From Camelus dromedarius (Eukaryota): 64,000 bases of DNA. The notes beneath the pieces were generated by a model that was not told the DNA's origin, searched no databases, and saw nothing but the letters and a program-made list of their open reading frames with translations. Location of the stretch: positions 103,356,001-103,420,000 of the forward strand of contig NC_087437.1 of the NCBI RefSeq assembly GCF_036321535.1. The letters run 5' to 3'. The stretch's first letter is position 1; each line of letters opens with the position of its first letter. Made by a program: the position numbers and the translations under genes. Positions 39,871-52,855 of the stretch are shown piece by piece.

Positions 39871-40744
39871 TATTAGTATACTTGTCTCTCTTAATTTCAT
39901 CAATCATAATTTTAATAATTTTAATAGTAGGCCTTATGTTCTTACAAAAGTAAAACTGGATTTAATTAAAAAATTTGGAACTGTTCCCAATTCCAATTCT
40001 CTCTGGATTTTTTGGTAAATCACTTAAATTTAAAGAAAAATTTGTTTGTATAGGTTCTGTATAAATTTCAAACAAAATATTTTATGTTGGAATGTGCAGT
40101 CATTTCAACATTATAACTTGCATTTATCTCCTTTTTAAATAAATTGTTCTGAACTTATTTTTAAGGCTTATTACCTCATGACTTTAGAACAAGAAACTGT
40201 GGGGTGATATTGCCTGATATGGGGGTCTCATCTCCATCATCCAAGATTAAGTGATCACAGGTGAGTTAGTTTATTAACTTGAGCTTCAGTTTTCTTCCTA
40301 GTATGACTACTAGCAAATATTTTTTCTGCCTGGAATAGTTCAAAACCTTTACATGTACTTTCTTTTTTCCTTCTTCCCTTGCATTTGTTTTTCCTCACAT
40401 CCCAAAATTTGAAAGAAAATTTGACAATGTTATTTTTTTATTGCTCTATTGCAAAAGGTAAGTCCCTGGTAAGGAAACATCTGACTTAACACAATTTGTC
40501 CCTTCCAAGTCTTGACTATTTTATATACCAATGTAGTCAAATGATACTCGTGTATTTACATATAAAAAGATAGGTACGATGATCAAAGTGGCTTAATAAA
40601 CTAGTGACTCAGAAAATTATTAAATAATTTGGAGATATATAATATATTGATAATGGTTACTTAAGTCATTACAGAATTTCTAATGTTAAGGTTATTAATA
40701 TTTTACATAGTTTTTCTTAATAAATATTCCCAGCAATAAAAAAA

Positions 40745-41920
40745 ATATTATTCCAGTCTTATCCATATTAAAAGTAAAGCAGTAATGTGTTCCCAATAAA
40801 AGGGATCAATGTTCTTTGGTGAAATGGCTAATTCTGTATTAAGACAAAGTAAAATATGAGCACGTAATATGTTGTTCCAAGAAGCAGGGATGTGTTCAAA
40901 TCCTGATGTGAATGTGTGACTAGAACAAGAACCTGGTTGAAAGGTGCTCCCATGGGCCAAATTTGAGATGGACTTTATTTTTAAATATTTTTAAAAAATA
41001 AACAGAAAGAAAGTTATAAGAAAATGATTGACTGTAATTCACTACAAAAATTCAAATAACAAAAAAAAAAATTTCCATGGATCTATAGGGATGTTCTCAC
41101 AAAGAAGGGAGATGGGTAAAGAAAAGGCTCTTATTTACTTAACAACGAAAGCTACCATGCAGAGAAAGAATGAGGGAATTGGAAAGATCACTGTCTTGCC
41201 ACCCTCTGTGCAATAATCATCAACAAAGCTAAGTGATTGGGTAAAGTGCTTCTGGGGAATAGGCTATTTATAAGATATTCACAGCATCTCAGAGTATTAC
41301 CTTACAAAGTACTTATTGATGGCAAAAAGTAGAAGATTTTTTTATAATGATGAAATCTGGAAAGTCAAAGATATACCTCTTCTAACAAATCACACAGGAT
41401 GCCCCACACATCTAATTAGTTCAAAAACAGTTTCTCCATGCTAACAGCCTCCAGTCAGGGCATAACTGAAGCCTTCTCTTTTTTCCACTCTAATAATGTT
41501 TTTCTACTCCTCTACCTGCCTGTGACTCTGCCAAGGCACAAAAGAGGCTGACTGACTCCTTTGTATAATAAGGCTTTGCTCATTCTCATTTGTGTGGTCT
41601 TTCTCATTTCTATATATAAGGTATCTGGCCTGAACTCTTTCAAAAATATTAATGTCTTTAAAAAATGAAAATATGAGCTTAATTTCATAGGAGATACATA
41701 GAGTATTCTGGGGTAAATTATACAAGTTATTTTTACATATGTCAACATGTGTGTTACTGTGTGTGTTCAGATATACATGTGCATCTGTGTATATGCATTT
41801 AGATAGGAGGGGATAAATCAAATATTGCAAACAATTAAAATTACTGGATATTGGTAGGTGAAGAACAGACATATTTAGTCTATATTCTTTCATATAAATT
41901 TTAGATAGTTAAAAATAAAA
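40745..41920 (+). mobile_element. Old L1 (L1MC4/5-like) 3' region, interrupted by an LTR fragment
   Basis: ctttggtgaaatggctaattctg...aaggtgctcccatgggccaaatttg...; ends aaattttagatagttaaaaataaa. Confidence 0.6.
41375..41615 (+). mobile_element. ERV1-class LTR 3' fragment
   Basis: aacagcctccagtcagggcataactgaagccttctc...gactctgccaa...ctgactcc...ctttgctcattctcatttg. Confidence 0.6.
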
Positions 41921-42618
41921 CAAGAATTTATAAAAGCATTTTATATCTATAACTGTTTTTAAGGGACTGAAAAAAAATTGGAAATTTCTGTTTAAAATAA
42001 GGTTAACTATTCTTATTCATCCAGGCCCCATCTTTGGTTCTAGCTGAAATGTGATTCTATGTGAGCTTAAGTCAAGCCATTTGATTCAAATAAAAATTGT
42101 CATTATGTATATGCAGTAAATTATTCATATACCACCAGAAGGTTGTGACAAATTTCATAAAAATTTTAAGCTTTGTTTATTTACTTGTGTACAAATAATT
42201 TTAATAAGCAAGGGTGACAACAAATAATTAACTAAAAACATGACCTAAATTTATATAATTGGTAATAATAATTCCTTATTTATTTATGGTATCTCAAATG
42301 ATGGTTTACCTGTCTAGTAAAATGATATTTTTTAGTATTTTTTTAATCTTTGATACTAATAATTTATAGTTTCTGGTAATTTATAACTTATGAATTGCTT
42401 TTATATAGCACCATGTGATCTGGACCATGCTGTATCAATAAGAAAAGGGCATTAACATTCTGAATCTTGCCCAAAATGTAAAAATCACAGCACAATCTAA
42501 AAGACAGATCTGCAACCAAAAACCATCAAAGTCCCAATCTAAGCCAAGAGCAGTATGGCAGCATACCATCCCATTCTAAGGCCAAGCCACCCTGTTCAAC
42601 GTGCCAATTTTTGTGAAA

Positions 42619-43113
42619 TGTAGGTGTTATTATTCAAATAGGATGAAGCCAAAGGATCAGAAAAGAATTAACAATCATTGAAAACATCGTTAACCACAGT
42701 TTCGAAGGTGTCATGTCATGTCACATGGGGAAACACCAGGCTCAGAAAGGAGGTGAAGGAGGACCAGGAGGAGAACCTGGAAACGTCCTTTACTGTGGTT
42801 TCCATGGGAAGGAATGGGTGAGGTAGGGTAAACAGGTTTAGGATTGGCTATTTTGAATAATTTCTGCAAGCTCTGGGATTCCTGGCCCAAGCCTGATTAG
42901 GGCAGGGGGATATTAACCAGAGTGTGAGGTTCAGATAGAGGATATAGAGGGCTGGGAGTATGGGCTCTGAATTGGTTTGTATGTGAAAAATGCACTCCTG
43001 AAAAATTGTTTGCTATTTCTAAAAAATAACTAACCCTGGATGGCAGTCTCTCCCTGGTTAGTGCCAGAGGATCAGGAATATAGAAAATTAAAAAAAAATA
43101 TATAGTTAATACA
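42619..43113 (-). mobile_element. ERV1-class solo LTR (MER89/MER34-like)
   Basis: TG...CA termini; tttactgtggtttccatgggaaggaatggg...aggtttaggattggctattttgaataatttc...tatagttaataca. Confidence 0.75.
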
Positions 43114-44719
43114 TGAGACTTATAATTAGAAGATACAATTGATGCACAAAACACAGTTGATATAGAAATATTATAAACTAAGTATAATTATGCTTAACAA
43201 TTCCTTTATAAATCACCATTTGAAATACAAGTGTTTTTGGCTCCTATTGCATTTAGAATACAGTTTAAATGCTAAAAAGTAATTTATAACTTCTGCACAT
43301 TTTAATTTGAAGGTAAATTTTGAGTCAGATATTGTCTCTTCAGGTATTGTCTATACTATTTAATATTATAGTATTTAAACATGAAGGAAAATAATGGAAT
43401 TCTTATTTTAATCAAACTAAAAAATCATTGAGAAAACCACCCTTCAGTTATTAATCTAAACAAAAGGCAGAGTAAAATTATTTTCTTTGGAACATAAAAA
43501 AAATTTTGTTTAGGGAGATAAGAGATAAATGCATGATCAGTTAAGAAAACAGTTAATAAAACGCAAGTATTTGTAAATTGTGCAATAGAAACTGTGTATC
43601 TTTATGCTGGTTTTCATTAATTTCAAAATTGAGACCCACAGGGTATGGAAAACAAATTAAGACTGGAGCCAGATTGTTGGAAAAGATGGAAGGGTCGTGA
43701 TTAATAGGAAGATTTTAACAGATATATTTAGCTGAAAAGAATGCTGCTGAGAGAAATATTTGAAGTAGTTCAAGGAATTAATGTGTGATTAAATCAGGGC
43801 AAAATGGTAAGTAAAAAGTCCATTATTTCTTTGTGACAATGAATAAAACTATGTTTAATGACCAATGAAAATTTAGTCCTATTAAACACATGTTTTATAA
43901 TTTTTGCACTTGGATTAGTAAAATTTTCTTTTGGAATAGTTTGAACAACAATAATTTAGGTAAAATATTATTTCAAAGTCTTAACAGATGTTTTAAGTAT
44001 CTCAAGGTTTCTCAAATTATATATTGTGCTTTTTCACTTTATATGTTAACAGTCTGATTTCTTGAAGTAGTCTGGCTAGCTTTCAATATTTGTAGATCTC
44101 TGAAGTCACATGATAGTAGGGCAACATAGATCTTTGCATCTTGTGGACCTGATTTCATATTGGATTTACACATAAACACAAATGCCTTCACAGGAAAGAA
44201 GTCATACATAACACACATGTAGCAATGTATTTAGGATCACATTTTACTCTTGTCCCTTCTTTATATACACAAAGCATATTCTAGTGTGTGGGAATATCTT
44301 AAACAGACAAATTATGGAGGATTTTTTCCCCTATAAACCAAATTGTCACTAGTTGTATACTTAACTTTTTATTGACTTGCAACCCAGCTATTTTAATATA
44401 CTTTATTATTCTCTATTCCTACTTTAGAAAGAATAATTCAACATATACTGAGATTAACAGATAAATTGGAGTATAACAAATCTTTGAAGACTTTAAAAAC
44501 TGGAAATAATATTGTGGATAATCACAAAAATAATTAGTCTGACTTAGAAATAATTAGCCACAAAACTAACTGTTGGGCTATGGACATCAAAGACTAAAAG
44601 GGCCTTAAAATTTGTCTTCTACTATATTAAGTATTATTTAATCAAAAGATGATGTCAGTAAAAACAAAAGACATTTATTAGGAACTAATGCTAAGTCTAT
44701 GTAATATAGGGGCTATTAA

Positions 44720-44910
44720 CAGAACTTGAAAGTAAGATAGATTTAAATTTCACCCCTAACAGTAGTGTTCTAGAAAGAGTTACTCACTTTCCCAAGCTCC
44801 ATTTGACTTTTAAATAAAATAAGGTTATAAGTATTAAATGCCATTATGTGTATATATATATGTAAAGTGGTTAATATCATGCCTAATTTCTCAGAAAATG
44901 TGGTTATTGT
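44720..44910 (+). mobile_element. MIR fragment
   Basis: agttactcactttcccaagctccattt...taaataaaataagg...tatgtaaagtggtta. Confidence 0.55.
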
Positions 44911-44974
44911 CAAATAATAATAGGATAATGGTCATTATTAGTAGTAGTAGTATTATAGTCAACCTCGGTATATC

Positions 44975-45140
44975 ATTTACTATACCCTAGCACTGTTCAG
45001 AGCTTTACACATGTTAACTCATTTACTCTTCACAACGTATCAGGTCAATATGATAATTATCTCCATTCAACAGATGAAAAAACTGAGACCCCGAGTTGCT
45101 AAGTAACTTATCCGTGCTCTTAACCACTATGAAATATCGC
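44975..45140 (-). mobile_element. MIR fragment
   Basis: ttaactcatttactcttcacaac...attatctccattcaacagatgaaaaaactgagac. Confidence 0.85.
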
Positions 45141-45399
45141 CTGTCTGCCGAATCTGTTTGCCACTGTCACCTATAATAAGGATGGGGTTGCTATCCTCTG
45201 GGAAATGTTAACTAAAAACATTGAACATTGTGTGACATGTGCTGGATAAGTGTGCTGACAGAAGCTGTGGTCAGTGAACAGGTCATACCAGGGGCCGGGC
45301 TGGGTAGATAAGCTTGCAACAGGAATGGGGATAATATTCATAAAAAGAAGGTTAGGGAAAAGGGGACCCTGGGTATTCCATTTAGGGAATCTCTCAAAC

Positions 45400-45870
45400 A
45401 AAGACGGCAAAGAAGGAATATGAAAAAAAGTGTCGAGGGGCCAACCACTATAGGAATAAGGATTTTTATATCTAGGAATTGTGAGAGGTAGGTTTGGAAA
45501 AGTCACTGAGGAAAAGATTGTGAATGGTGTGAGGGTACAAATGTGAATATGATATTGTAGAAAATGAAGAACTGTTGAAAGGAGTAATAGCAAGCAGGTA
45601 GCATTTAAGGGGAATTAATCTGATAGTTTTTAAATGACTTTTGGGTTGATCTACAGAGAGAGACTAATGCCTGGAAATCATGAAAATGGTGAGTTAGCAA
45701 TCTAAATCTGGTGGTAGAAACAGGTATTTAAAAGAACTATGGATGCTTCAGAAGGAAGTATCTATAGTTTATAAGGAGCTATTGGAATTTGTGTCAAAGG
45801 AAAGTGAATTGCTTAAAATGGCTTCTGGGTTTAAACTAAGTGGAAGAATATGGTAATATTGAAAGGAATA
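45400..45870 (-). mobile_element. Degenerate L2 fragment
   Basis: gagaggtaggtttggaaaagtcac...gcatttaaggggaattaatctg...ggattgg-like motifs. Confidence 0.5.
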
Positions 45871-47145
45871 GGATTCTCCATCTCTGCTGTGAAAAACTGA
45901 TTGATGCCACAAAGTTATGTTTAAGTTTAAAGAAGAAAGTACTAATGGTAATAGTAAGAATGGTGTAAGGAGGAGTTTTGCATATTTATCACTGGAGTTT
46001 CTGAAAATTCTTCTTTTCTGTTACTTCTTTCTCTGTCTCCTTCCCTCCCTCCTTTTCAGCTTTCTTGCCCCTTTCCCTCCCTCCCCTGTTTTCCTTCATT
46101 TCCGTGGTTCCTTCTCTCCCTTTCTCTTTTGCTCACTATTTTTAAATGTATTAATTAAAAAATAAATATTCATTAAGCATCTATTCTGCAAAATTTTCTG
46201 TTTTCTTCCTGGGTCATTAGCAGTCTTATGAGTTAGCTTAACACTGGGATTAGATATTTGAGTTTCAGACCATGATGTCACCTTGTTCAATCTGACAAAC
46301 TACCATTTTATTTACACGGATGATGAAAGTATCAACTTCATTATTAAGACAAATTTGAAATAAGTGTATGAATTATTTAGTGCCACAAATAAGCCTGCAT
46401 AATTAAAACTGTCTATGACCTAAAGTTTATTACAATCATATATAAAAAGAGTAAAGCATGTGTGCATGGTTGTCTATATGTATGGGTGTGTTTGGTGGGT
46501 GTTCAGGGACCCAAAGCTAATTATTATATGACAAGTCAATTCTTCCTAACAGCTGGGACTCGGGCTTGATAGCATTTGGAACTTATTTCTGCCTTTTGGG
46601 GTAAGTTTATCAATTTAAACTCACATTTTCTTGTTAAACCTGTTTTTTCCCCCCACGTAATTCCTCATGAATGTATGAACCATTATTGATGTTCTTTAAT
46701 TCCATTTTGTGGGGCTGGTTAATGTTTCTTTTCTATGCTCCTTGAGATTTAATCACTAACATTGTGAATACCATATGTTTCTCCTCATCTTTCTCCCGGG
46801 TACAATTTTTAGCGTCTGTGCTAGTGCGTACAAACTTTCCTCATTGTTGCCAACCACATTACTGATATTAAAATTGTGTGTGGTTGGTGTTTCAGTGAAT
46901 TGAATTAGCTTCTCAGCTGAATGGTTACTTATCCATTTGCTTCACGAAGGAAAGCTAAAGGGCTTAGGTGACCGCAGACTGAAGGTGAATTTAAGGGCAT
47001 GATTTAAGCCTTGCAATATTACAGAAAATATGCTGTTTCAAAATGTGGCTGCATTTTCTTTTGCATGTGATAAATGTTGATTTTGTTGTTGTTTTTCCCT
47101 CGGTGGTTCACTCTCTGTCATGCCAAAGCATTTAGGCTAATCTGT

Positions 47146-47185
47146 GTCCATCCTAACTGGAAATGGTCCACCCTAACTGGGAATG
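47146..47185. repeat. 20-bp tandem duplication
   Basis: gtccatcctaactggaaatg / gtccaccctaactgggaatg, 18/20 identical. Confidence 0.9.
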
Positions 47186-48099
47186 GAGGCTTTCAACATT
47201 AAGTTGATAAAGGTGACAAATAACATTTCCTGGGTTTCCATCCTCAGGGTGACAAAGAAGCCAGAGAAGATGCTCATGGCATTAGGATTGGTGTGGAAAT
47301 AGCACAAGAACAATAGACTCTGAATAAAGTCAGCAGAGGAGTATTTCAATGATCATCTGAATAAATGAAAAAATAAATGAAGATCAGATGGGATGAAGAA
47401 GTATCTCAGGATTCCCATATGGAGATATTACCTCAAGAATTAAGTGATCCCAGCAACATCTCAGAATTGAGGAAAAAACCCCAGGTTGAGTGAGTGAAAG
47501 TCTTCAACTCAGTACTAGGGGCATTCAAAATAGAAATTAACTTGAATCATTGGGGAAAATACATTATTTCTTTTACACACTTGAATTTGTGTTGACATTC
47601 ATACCTACAAATGTCAAAAGAAAAAAATCAATAGGCCTTTAAGGACTGTGTATTTCTTGCTCTATTTTAACTGTGCTTCCACTTTGACACGTCGAGTTGA
47701 AAAGACACTACTAACCTGATGTTATTTGACAGTATCTGTAGCTTTTATTAGATGACCAAACTTCCTTTCAGTTAGGTAATGAATATTTCTTAAAGTATTT
47801 CAACCTCACTTGAAATGAAAATTATTTAAGTAGTAATATCTTCTACAAGAATTGTGTTCTCTAGTTTTGTCAGACTGACTTATTGTTTAATTCTGCTTTC
47901 ACTTCATAATTGCTTTGTGATCTTATTAATCTACCTCTTCCAGCCTGTTTCCACCTCTCTTAATATGAGACTAAATATAACACTTCACAGCTGTTTTTTA
48001 AGGACTGTAAAACTAATGATAATGGTAGCAGTGATGTTAAAAATAGCACTGAAGCTATAATAGTAGAAATAGAAGCAATAGTATCAAAAAGGAAAAAAA

Positions 48100-48330
48100 A
48101 TACACCTACAATTTCTAAGCAAGCGTTGTGCGAAGCATTTTCTCCATGAATTGTGTTAGGCGTTTTCTAGGAATTAACGCATTTAATATTCATAGCAACT
48201 AGGAGGTAGGCAATATTTTACCCCGCCATGTAAATGAGAAAATTTAGGTTCAAAAGATTAAGCCACTTCCTCCTGCTATCCAAATGATGCATGTTGGCTC
48301 AAATTCACAGTTAGAACTTGGTTTCCCAGT
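48100..48330 (-). mobile_element. MIR fragment
   Basis: catttaatattcatagcaactaggaggtagg...atgtaaatgagaaaatttaggttcaaaaga. Confidence 0.7.
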
Positions 48331-48400
48331 TAGCATACATGATGTAAAGGGAAGAAGAAATAAGTCAGGCAACAAACATTAGCTCTTTCTTTGACCTTAA

Positions 48401-48584
48401 CGGTAGTCCTCAAACTTTGGGACATTACAAATGTTGAAAGGTCTACTTAAAGATGGGTTGCTGGTTCCTCCCCAGAGTTTCTGATTAAATAGGACTGGAG
48501 AGAGGCCCAAGAATTTGCATTTCTAACAAATTTTCAGGAGTCAATGGTGCCGCTCTTGCAGGGATCACGCTTGGAGAACAATTG
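48401..48584. mobile_element. MER5A hAT-Charlie MITE
   Basis: gtcctcaaacttt...ccccagagtttctgatt...ggcccaagaatttgcatttctaacaa...gggatcacgcttggagaacaattg. Confidence 0.88.
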
Positions 48585-48809
48585 TTCTAGACCCTCTATG
48601 TGAAGAAACCCGTGAAGGTTATAATGTGGCCTTATTGAATGAAGTATAGGTGCAACTTACACATGGGTGAGGGCAGACTATCATCTATTTTGAGAATATC
48701 GTTGACAGAACATTTCCTGATGTCTGAAATTTCATCGTTAGAAGATCATTACTTTTCACTATTATATTTTCTCTTCTGAAGTGGAATTAACATTTTAAAA
48801 GGTATATTG

Positions 48810-49520
48810 TGTATTCATCTAGCTATGACCACTTTAGTGAACACAAGTGTAATACAAAGATGAATGATATATGGCCCCTGGTTTTTAGGGGCTTAAAATC
48901 TAGGGAATGAAACTAAACCTATAAGGAAATAATGCAAAAAAACTTACAGATCTTATGCAAAAAGACAAGAAGTGTATTTATGGCATAAAAGCAGAGAATA
49001 ACAATTCTACTTGAGTTGGACTATGCAGTGGAAAGTTGAAAAGTGGAATAATTGGATAGAGGAGTTGATCTTTTAGCTAAATGCTTAAATTCCAAGAATT
49101 TACACTAATCAGTTGGAGCATAGGAATTAGGTTGGTAAAACATGGTATGGAGGGAGCATGCGCCAGTAGAGGACTGAACAGCTAGGCAGGTACCAGATTA
49201 AGTAAAGTTTTATATATCCAGCTGAAGAATTTGGACTTCATACTGAACACAATAGTGAATTTCCAAATGTTTTTTGAGCAGGTGTGATTTATAAACAGTA
49301 GTCTGATGGCAGTTTGTAGGTTTTACTAAGCAGGAAGCAGATCAAGTTTAGTAAAATTAATTTTATTAATAAAATAATATAAAATTATTATTATTTTATT
49401 AATAAAATAATCCTGAGAAATGATGAATTCCTCAAATAAAGAAATGATAATGTGAATATATAGAGGAAATAAATTTGACAGATAGTTAACAAGTGAGATT
49501 AACAGGACATTTTTGTTGTT
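48810..49520 (-). mobile_element. L2 fragments
   Basis: aaagatgaatgatatatggcccctg...gggcttaaaatctagg; agctgaagaatttggacttcat. Confidence 0.65.
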
Positions 49521-49599
49521 TTTAATTGCAACGACTAGTGTAGTTAGAGCATAAATAAAAGATGAATCAGGTTCTGGCTACAAAATTATACTCAAACTT

Positions 49600-49745
49600 T
49601 TTTTTTTTTTTATTGGAATCATCTGGGAACAACTTTTAAGACTCTTGGTACAGAGTTCACACCCCTTACAATTAATTCAGAATCTTTGGTAGCAGCTGTA
49701 ATCCCCAGGTGAGCCCAACATCCAGCCCAGTTTGGGTACCCACCA
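49600..49745. mobile_element. MER5-like MITE remnant
   Basis: ctcaaactt...tattggaatcatctgggaa...aattaattcagaatct...cagcccagtttgggtaccac. Confidence 0.55.
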
Positions 49746-50702
49746 TTATTATAGATAAGACTGTCATTTCCTAGCTAGGGAACAGAAATGTAATATGGAT
49801 AAGACTATGCCAAAAAAAGAATGTAGAGAGAAAAATAATTTGAAAATATAAGAAAATAAATGAGATAATAAAATGTATGACCTGAAGGCGATGAGATATT
49901 TTAGGATGAAGGGTATAGATGGAGATACTAAACTTCAAATCTAAAGAACAAAACAAAACAAAACTATAATTTCCGAAACTAAAGGAAAGGAGGTAATGAA
50001 TGATTTAGATAAGTAAAATAAATAAAACTTGGGATGATTGGCAGTTAGGTGCTGGTAGAAATGAGGGATTTCTAAGTGGGAGACGTCATTTAAAAAGGAG
50101 AGAAAAGATCACCAAAGGAAAGTGTCTATTTGCTATTGTTTGCTTAGACCATGAATTATTTTCTTACTTCTGGAAACATCCTTGTCTTTTTCAGAACTAC
50201 GTCAAAATAGTATAGCTCATAAGAGAGTGCTGTTTGTTTTTTTTAAATTTTGTCAGCGCATATTTAATATGACAAGAAATGTAGGTCACATGGCATTACA
50301 CATGAACAAACAGGTCACATGTTCACAAGAAACTTAGTTAAGTAACTGCAAAAATTTATCTGCAGTTACCTTACAACATTTGAGCATAAGCAAAATTAAT
50401 TAATTCTACTTTTTCAAATCATTGCTTGTTTAGTCTTTCACAAAGAAATGCTTTACTTCTTTTTCTACTTGAGTGGATATTTTAAAAGGCTAGTCTGAAA
50501 AGAATAGCCTTCAGGGTAGAATTCTGTAAAAACAACCCTTACTAATTAAACAGAACTTATTCAACTTATTGGACAGATATAGACTTCTAACCTTTTAGAC
50601 CGTTGTGCTATTCAGACACCTGTAGAAAGGACTGAGAATGGATGAAATTTGTAGATTTGGGATTTGTGAACATCCTGCTTTTATTCTTCTAGTCTTTATG
50701 TT

Positions 50703-51630
50703 TTTAATTTTTTAAATTAAAGTACAGTCAGTTACAATGAGTCAATTTCTGGTGTACAGTACAACGTCCCAGTCATGCATATGCATACATATATTCATTT
50801 TCTGTATTGTTTTGCATTAAAGGTTATTATAAGATATTGAATATAGTTCCCTGTACTATACAGAAGAAACTTTTTTTAAATCTATTTTTATATATAGTGG
50901 CTAACATTTGCAAATCTCAAACTCCCAAATTTATCCCTTCCCAGCCGGTGACCATAAGATTGTTTACTATGTCTGTAAGTCAGTTTCTGTTCTGTAGATG
51001 AGTTCATGCGTTCTTTTTTTTCTTTTTTTTTAGATTCCACATATAAGTGATATCATATGGTGTTTTTCTTTCTCTTTCTGGCTTACTTCACTTAGAATGA
51101 CACAAGTAATTCTCCAGTGAAGACATACAAATGACCAATAAGCGCATGAAAAGTATTCAGTATCAGTAATTATCAAAGAAATGCAAATCAAAACTACAAT
51201 GAGTTATCACCTCACTCCAGTCAGAATGGCCATCATTCAAAAGTCCATGAGTGATAAATTCTGGAGAGGATGTGGAGAAAAGAGAATACTCTTACACTGC
51301 TGGTGGCAATGTACTTTAGTGCAGCCATTATGGAAAATAGTATAGAAATTCCTCAAAAAACTAAAAATAGACTTACCATATGATCTAGCAATCTGACTTC
51401 TGGGTATATATACAGAGGGAACTCAAATGCAAAAAGATACATGCACCTCAGTGTTCAGAGCAGCACTGTATACAATAGCCAAAACATGAAAACAGCCTAA
51501 ACGTCCATTGACAGATGACTGGATAAATAAGTTGTGGTATATTTATACAACGGAATACTACGCAGCCATTAAAAAGAAATAAAATAGTGCCATTTGCAGC
51601 AACATGGATGGACCTAGAGACCGTCATTCT
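50703..51630 (-). mobile_element. Camelid-type L1 with 5' inversion: 3' end on minus (50703-51101) joined to an ORF2 C-terminal segment on plus (51102-51630)
   Basis: The minus arm stops at cacttagaatgac. The plus arm runs from gaagacatacaaatgacc...aaactacaatgagttatcacc to atggatggacctagagaccgtcattct. Confidence 0.95.
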
Positions 51631-52510
51631 TTTTACCTTTAAGTGACAATTATTTTTCTTTGATTTTATCAATTCAGTTTATCAAGTAATATTAGATGGT
51701 AAATGACATTGTTTTACTTAGTGTTCATTTAAAATCTGATGCATATATCTGGATCACTATCTTTGGTACACCTATCAGAATTGTTTATAAGGGGATTCAT
51801 GTTTGGTTGTGATAAAATTTGAGATTTCCTGACCAATTAAACAGTAGTGTTTACTATTATTCAAGTACTTGGATAAAAAAACTATTTGAAGACTTTCTTT
51901 GTATATGAGCAGATATTCTGGGTGTCTGGTCTTGTGAGCTACCTCTAATTAAATTAATTAGAGCACAAATTAAAAATTCATTTTCTACAGGAAACTGGTA
52001 AGTGACACAAATAAATATTGAGAGTTAGTACAAGATACTTGGTGCAGAGGAGTGTGTGAATGTCTGTGGAATGGGCATGCAAGGACTGTGTCATGTTTTA
52101 AGAAGCTACAAATGTACCTGTTCATGTAAAAAATAATAATAAAAATATTGTCCAGGTCCAAAGTATATGATATCCATGTGTTTCTTTCTGCTTATGGGTT
52201 CTATTTTGTGATCACTGCCTTTAAACATTATTGTTTGAGTTTCTTTTTTTTTAATAAAAGAAAATGTATTCAAAAAGAATGAGGTAGAAACATAAAGTAA
52301 CAAATTGGAATAAATTGAGATGGTTCTGGTTGAAGCTGTGAAGCTGTGACGGAAAGTCAGTGCTCATAACTCCAATACGGATTGATAATCACTATATGAG
52401 AGTGTATCAAGTTATTTTCTGAGAAATCAAGTGGATAAACTTTGCACTGGATGGCAAGTGCATTTTTTTTCTTTTCCCTTAACTAAGGATGGTAAAAGCA
52501 TCACATTTAG

Positions 52511-52855
52511 AACTATTCTTTCTAATATAGTAACCACTAACCACATGTGGTTATTAGGCACTTGAAAGGTGGCTAGTTCAAAATGCAGTCTGGGAGGGTA
52601 TAGCTCAGGGGTAGAGCATTTGACTGCAAAATACAATCTGCACACCATATTTTATAGACATAGTAAAAAGAAAGGATGAAATACATTAGTAGTAATTTTA
52701 GTATTGATTCCACATTGAAAAAATATTTTGGATATGGTAGATTAACTAAAATATATCATTTATATTAACTTCACCTTTTTTAACCTTTTTAATGTAGCTG
52801 CTAGAAACTTAAAATTGAATATGTGTCTGCCATTTTGTTTTATTGGACGATGCTG
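52511..52855. mobile_element. MER33-like hAT-Charlie MITE hosting a tRNA-half insertion
   Basis: tagtaaccactaaccacatgtggttattaggcacttgaaaggtggctagt...tttaatgtagctgctagaaac...ttattggacgatgctg. Confidence 0.88.
52594..52628 (+). pseudogene. Tailless 5'-half tRNA-Cys(GCA) retropseudogene
   Basis: gagggtatagctcaggggtagagcatttgactgca matches the recalled mammalian tRNA-Cys-GCA 5' half (GGGGGTATAGCTCAGGGGTAGAGCATTTGACTGCA) at 34/35 and ends at the anticodon. Flanked by caaaatgcagtctg / caaaatacaatctg. Confidence 0.9.

Noticed and set aside
45171..45593. Longest non-microsatellite ORF (140 aa)
   Set aside because: It has a non-ATG start, overlaps L2-like sequence, and shows no recognisable domain.
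50342..50369. gtaactgca-N10-tgcagttac hairpin
   Set aside because: The 9-bp arms are too short for a pre-miRNA and could arise by chance in 64 kb.
52594..52670. Functional tRNA-Cys gene
   Set aside because: The 3' half, T-arm/B-box and terminator are missing; the sequence returns to the MER33-like host after the anticodon.
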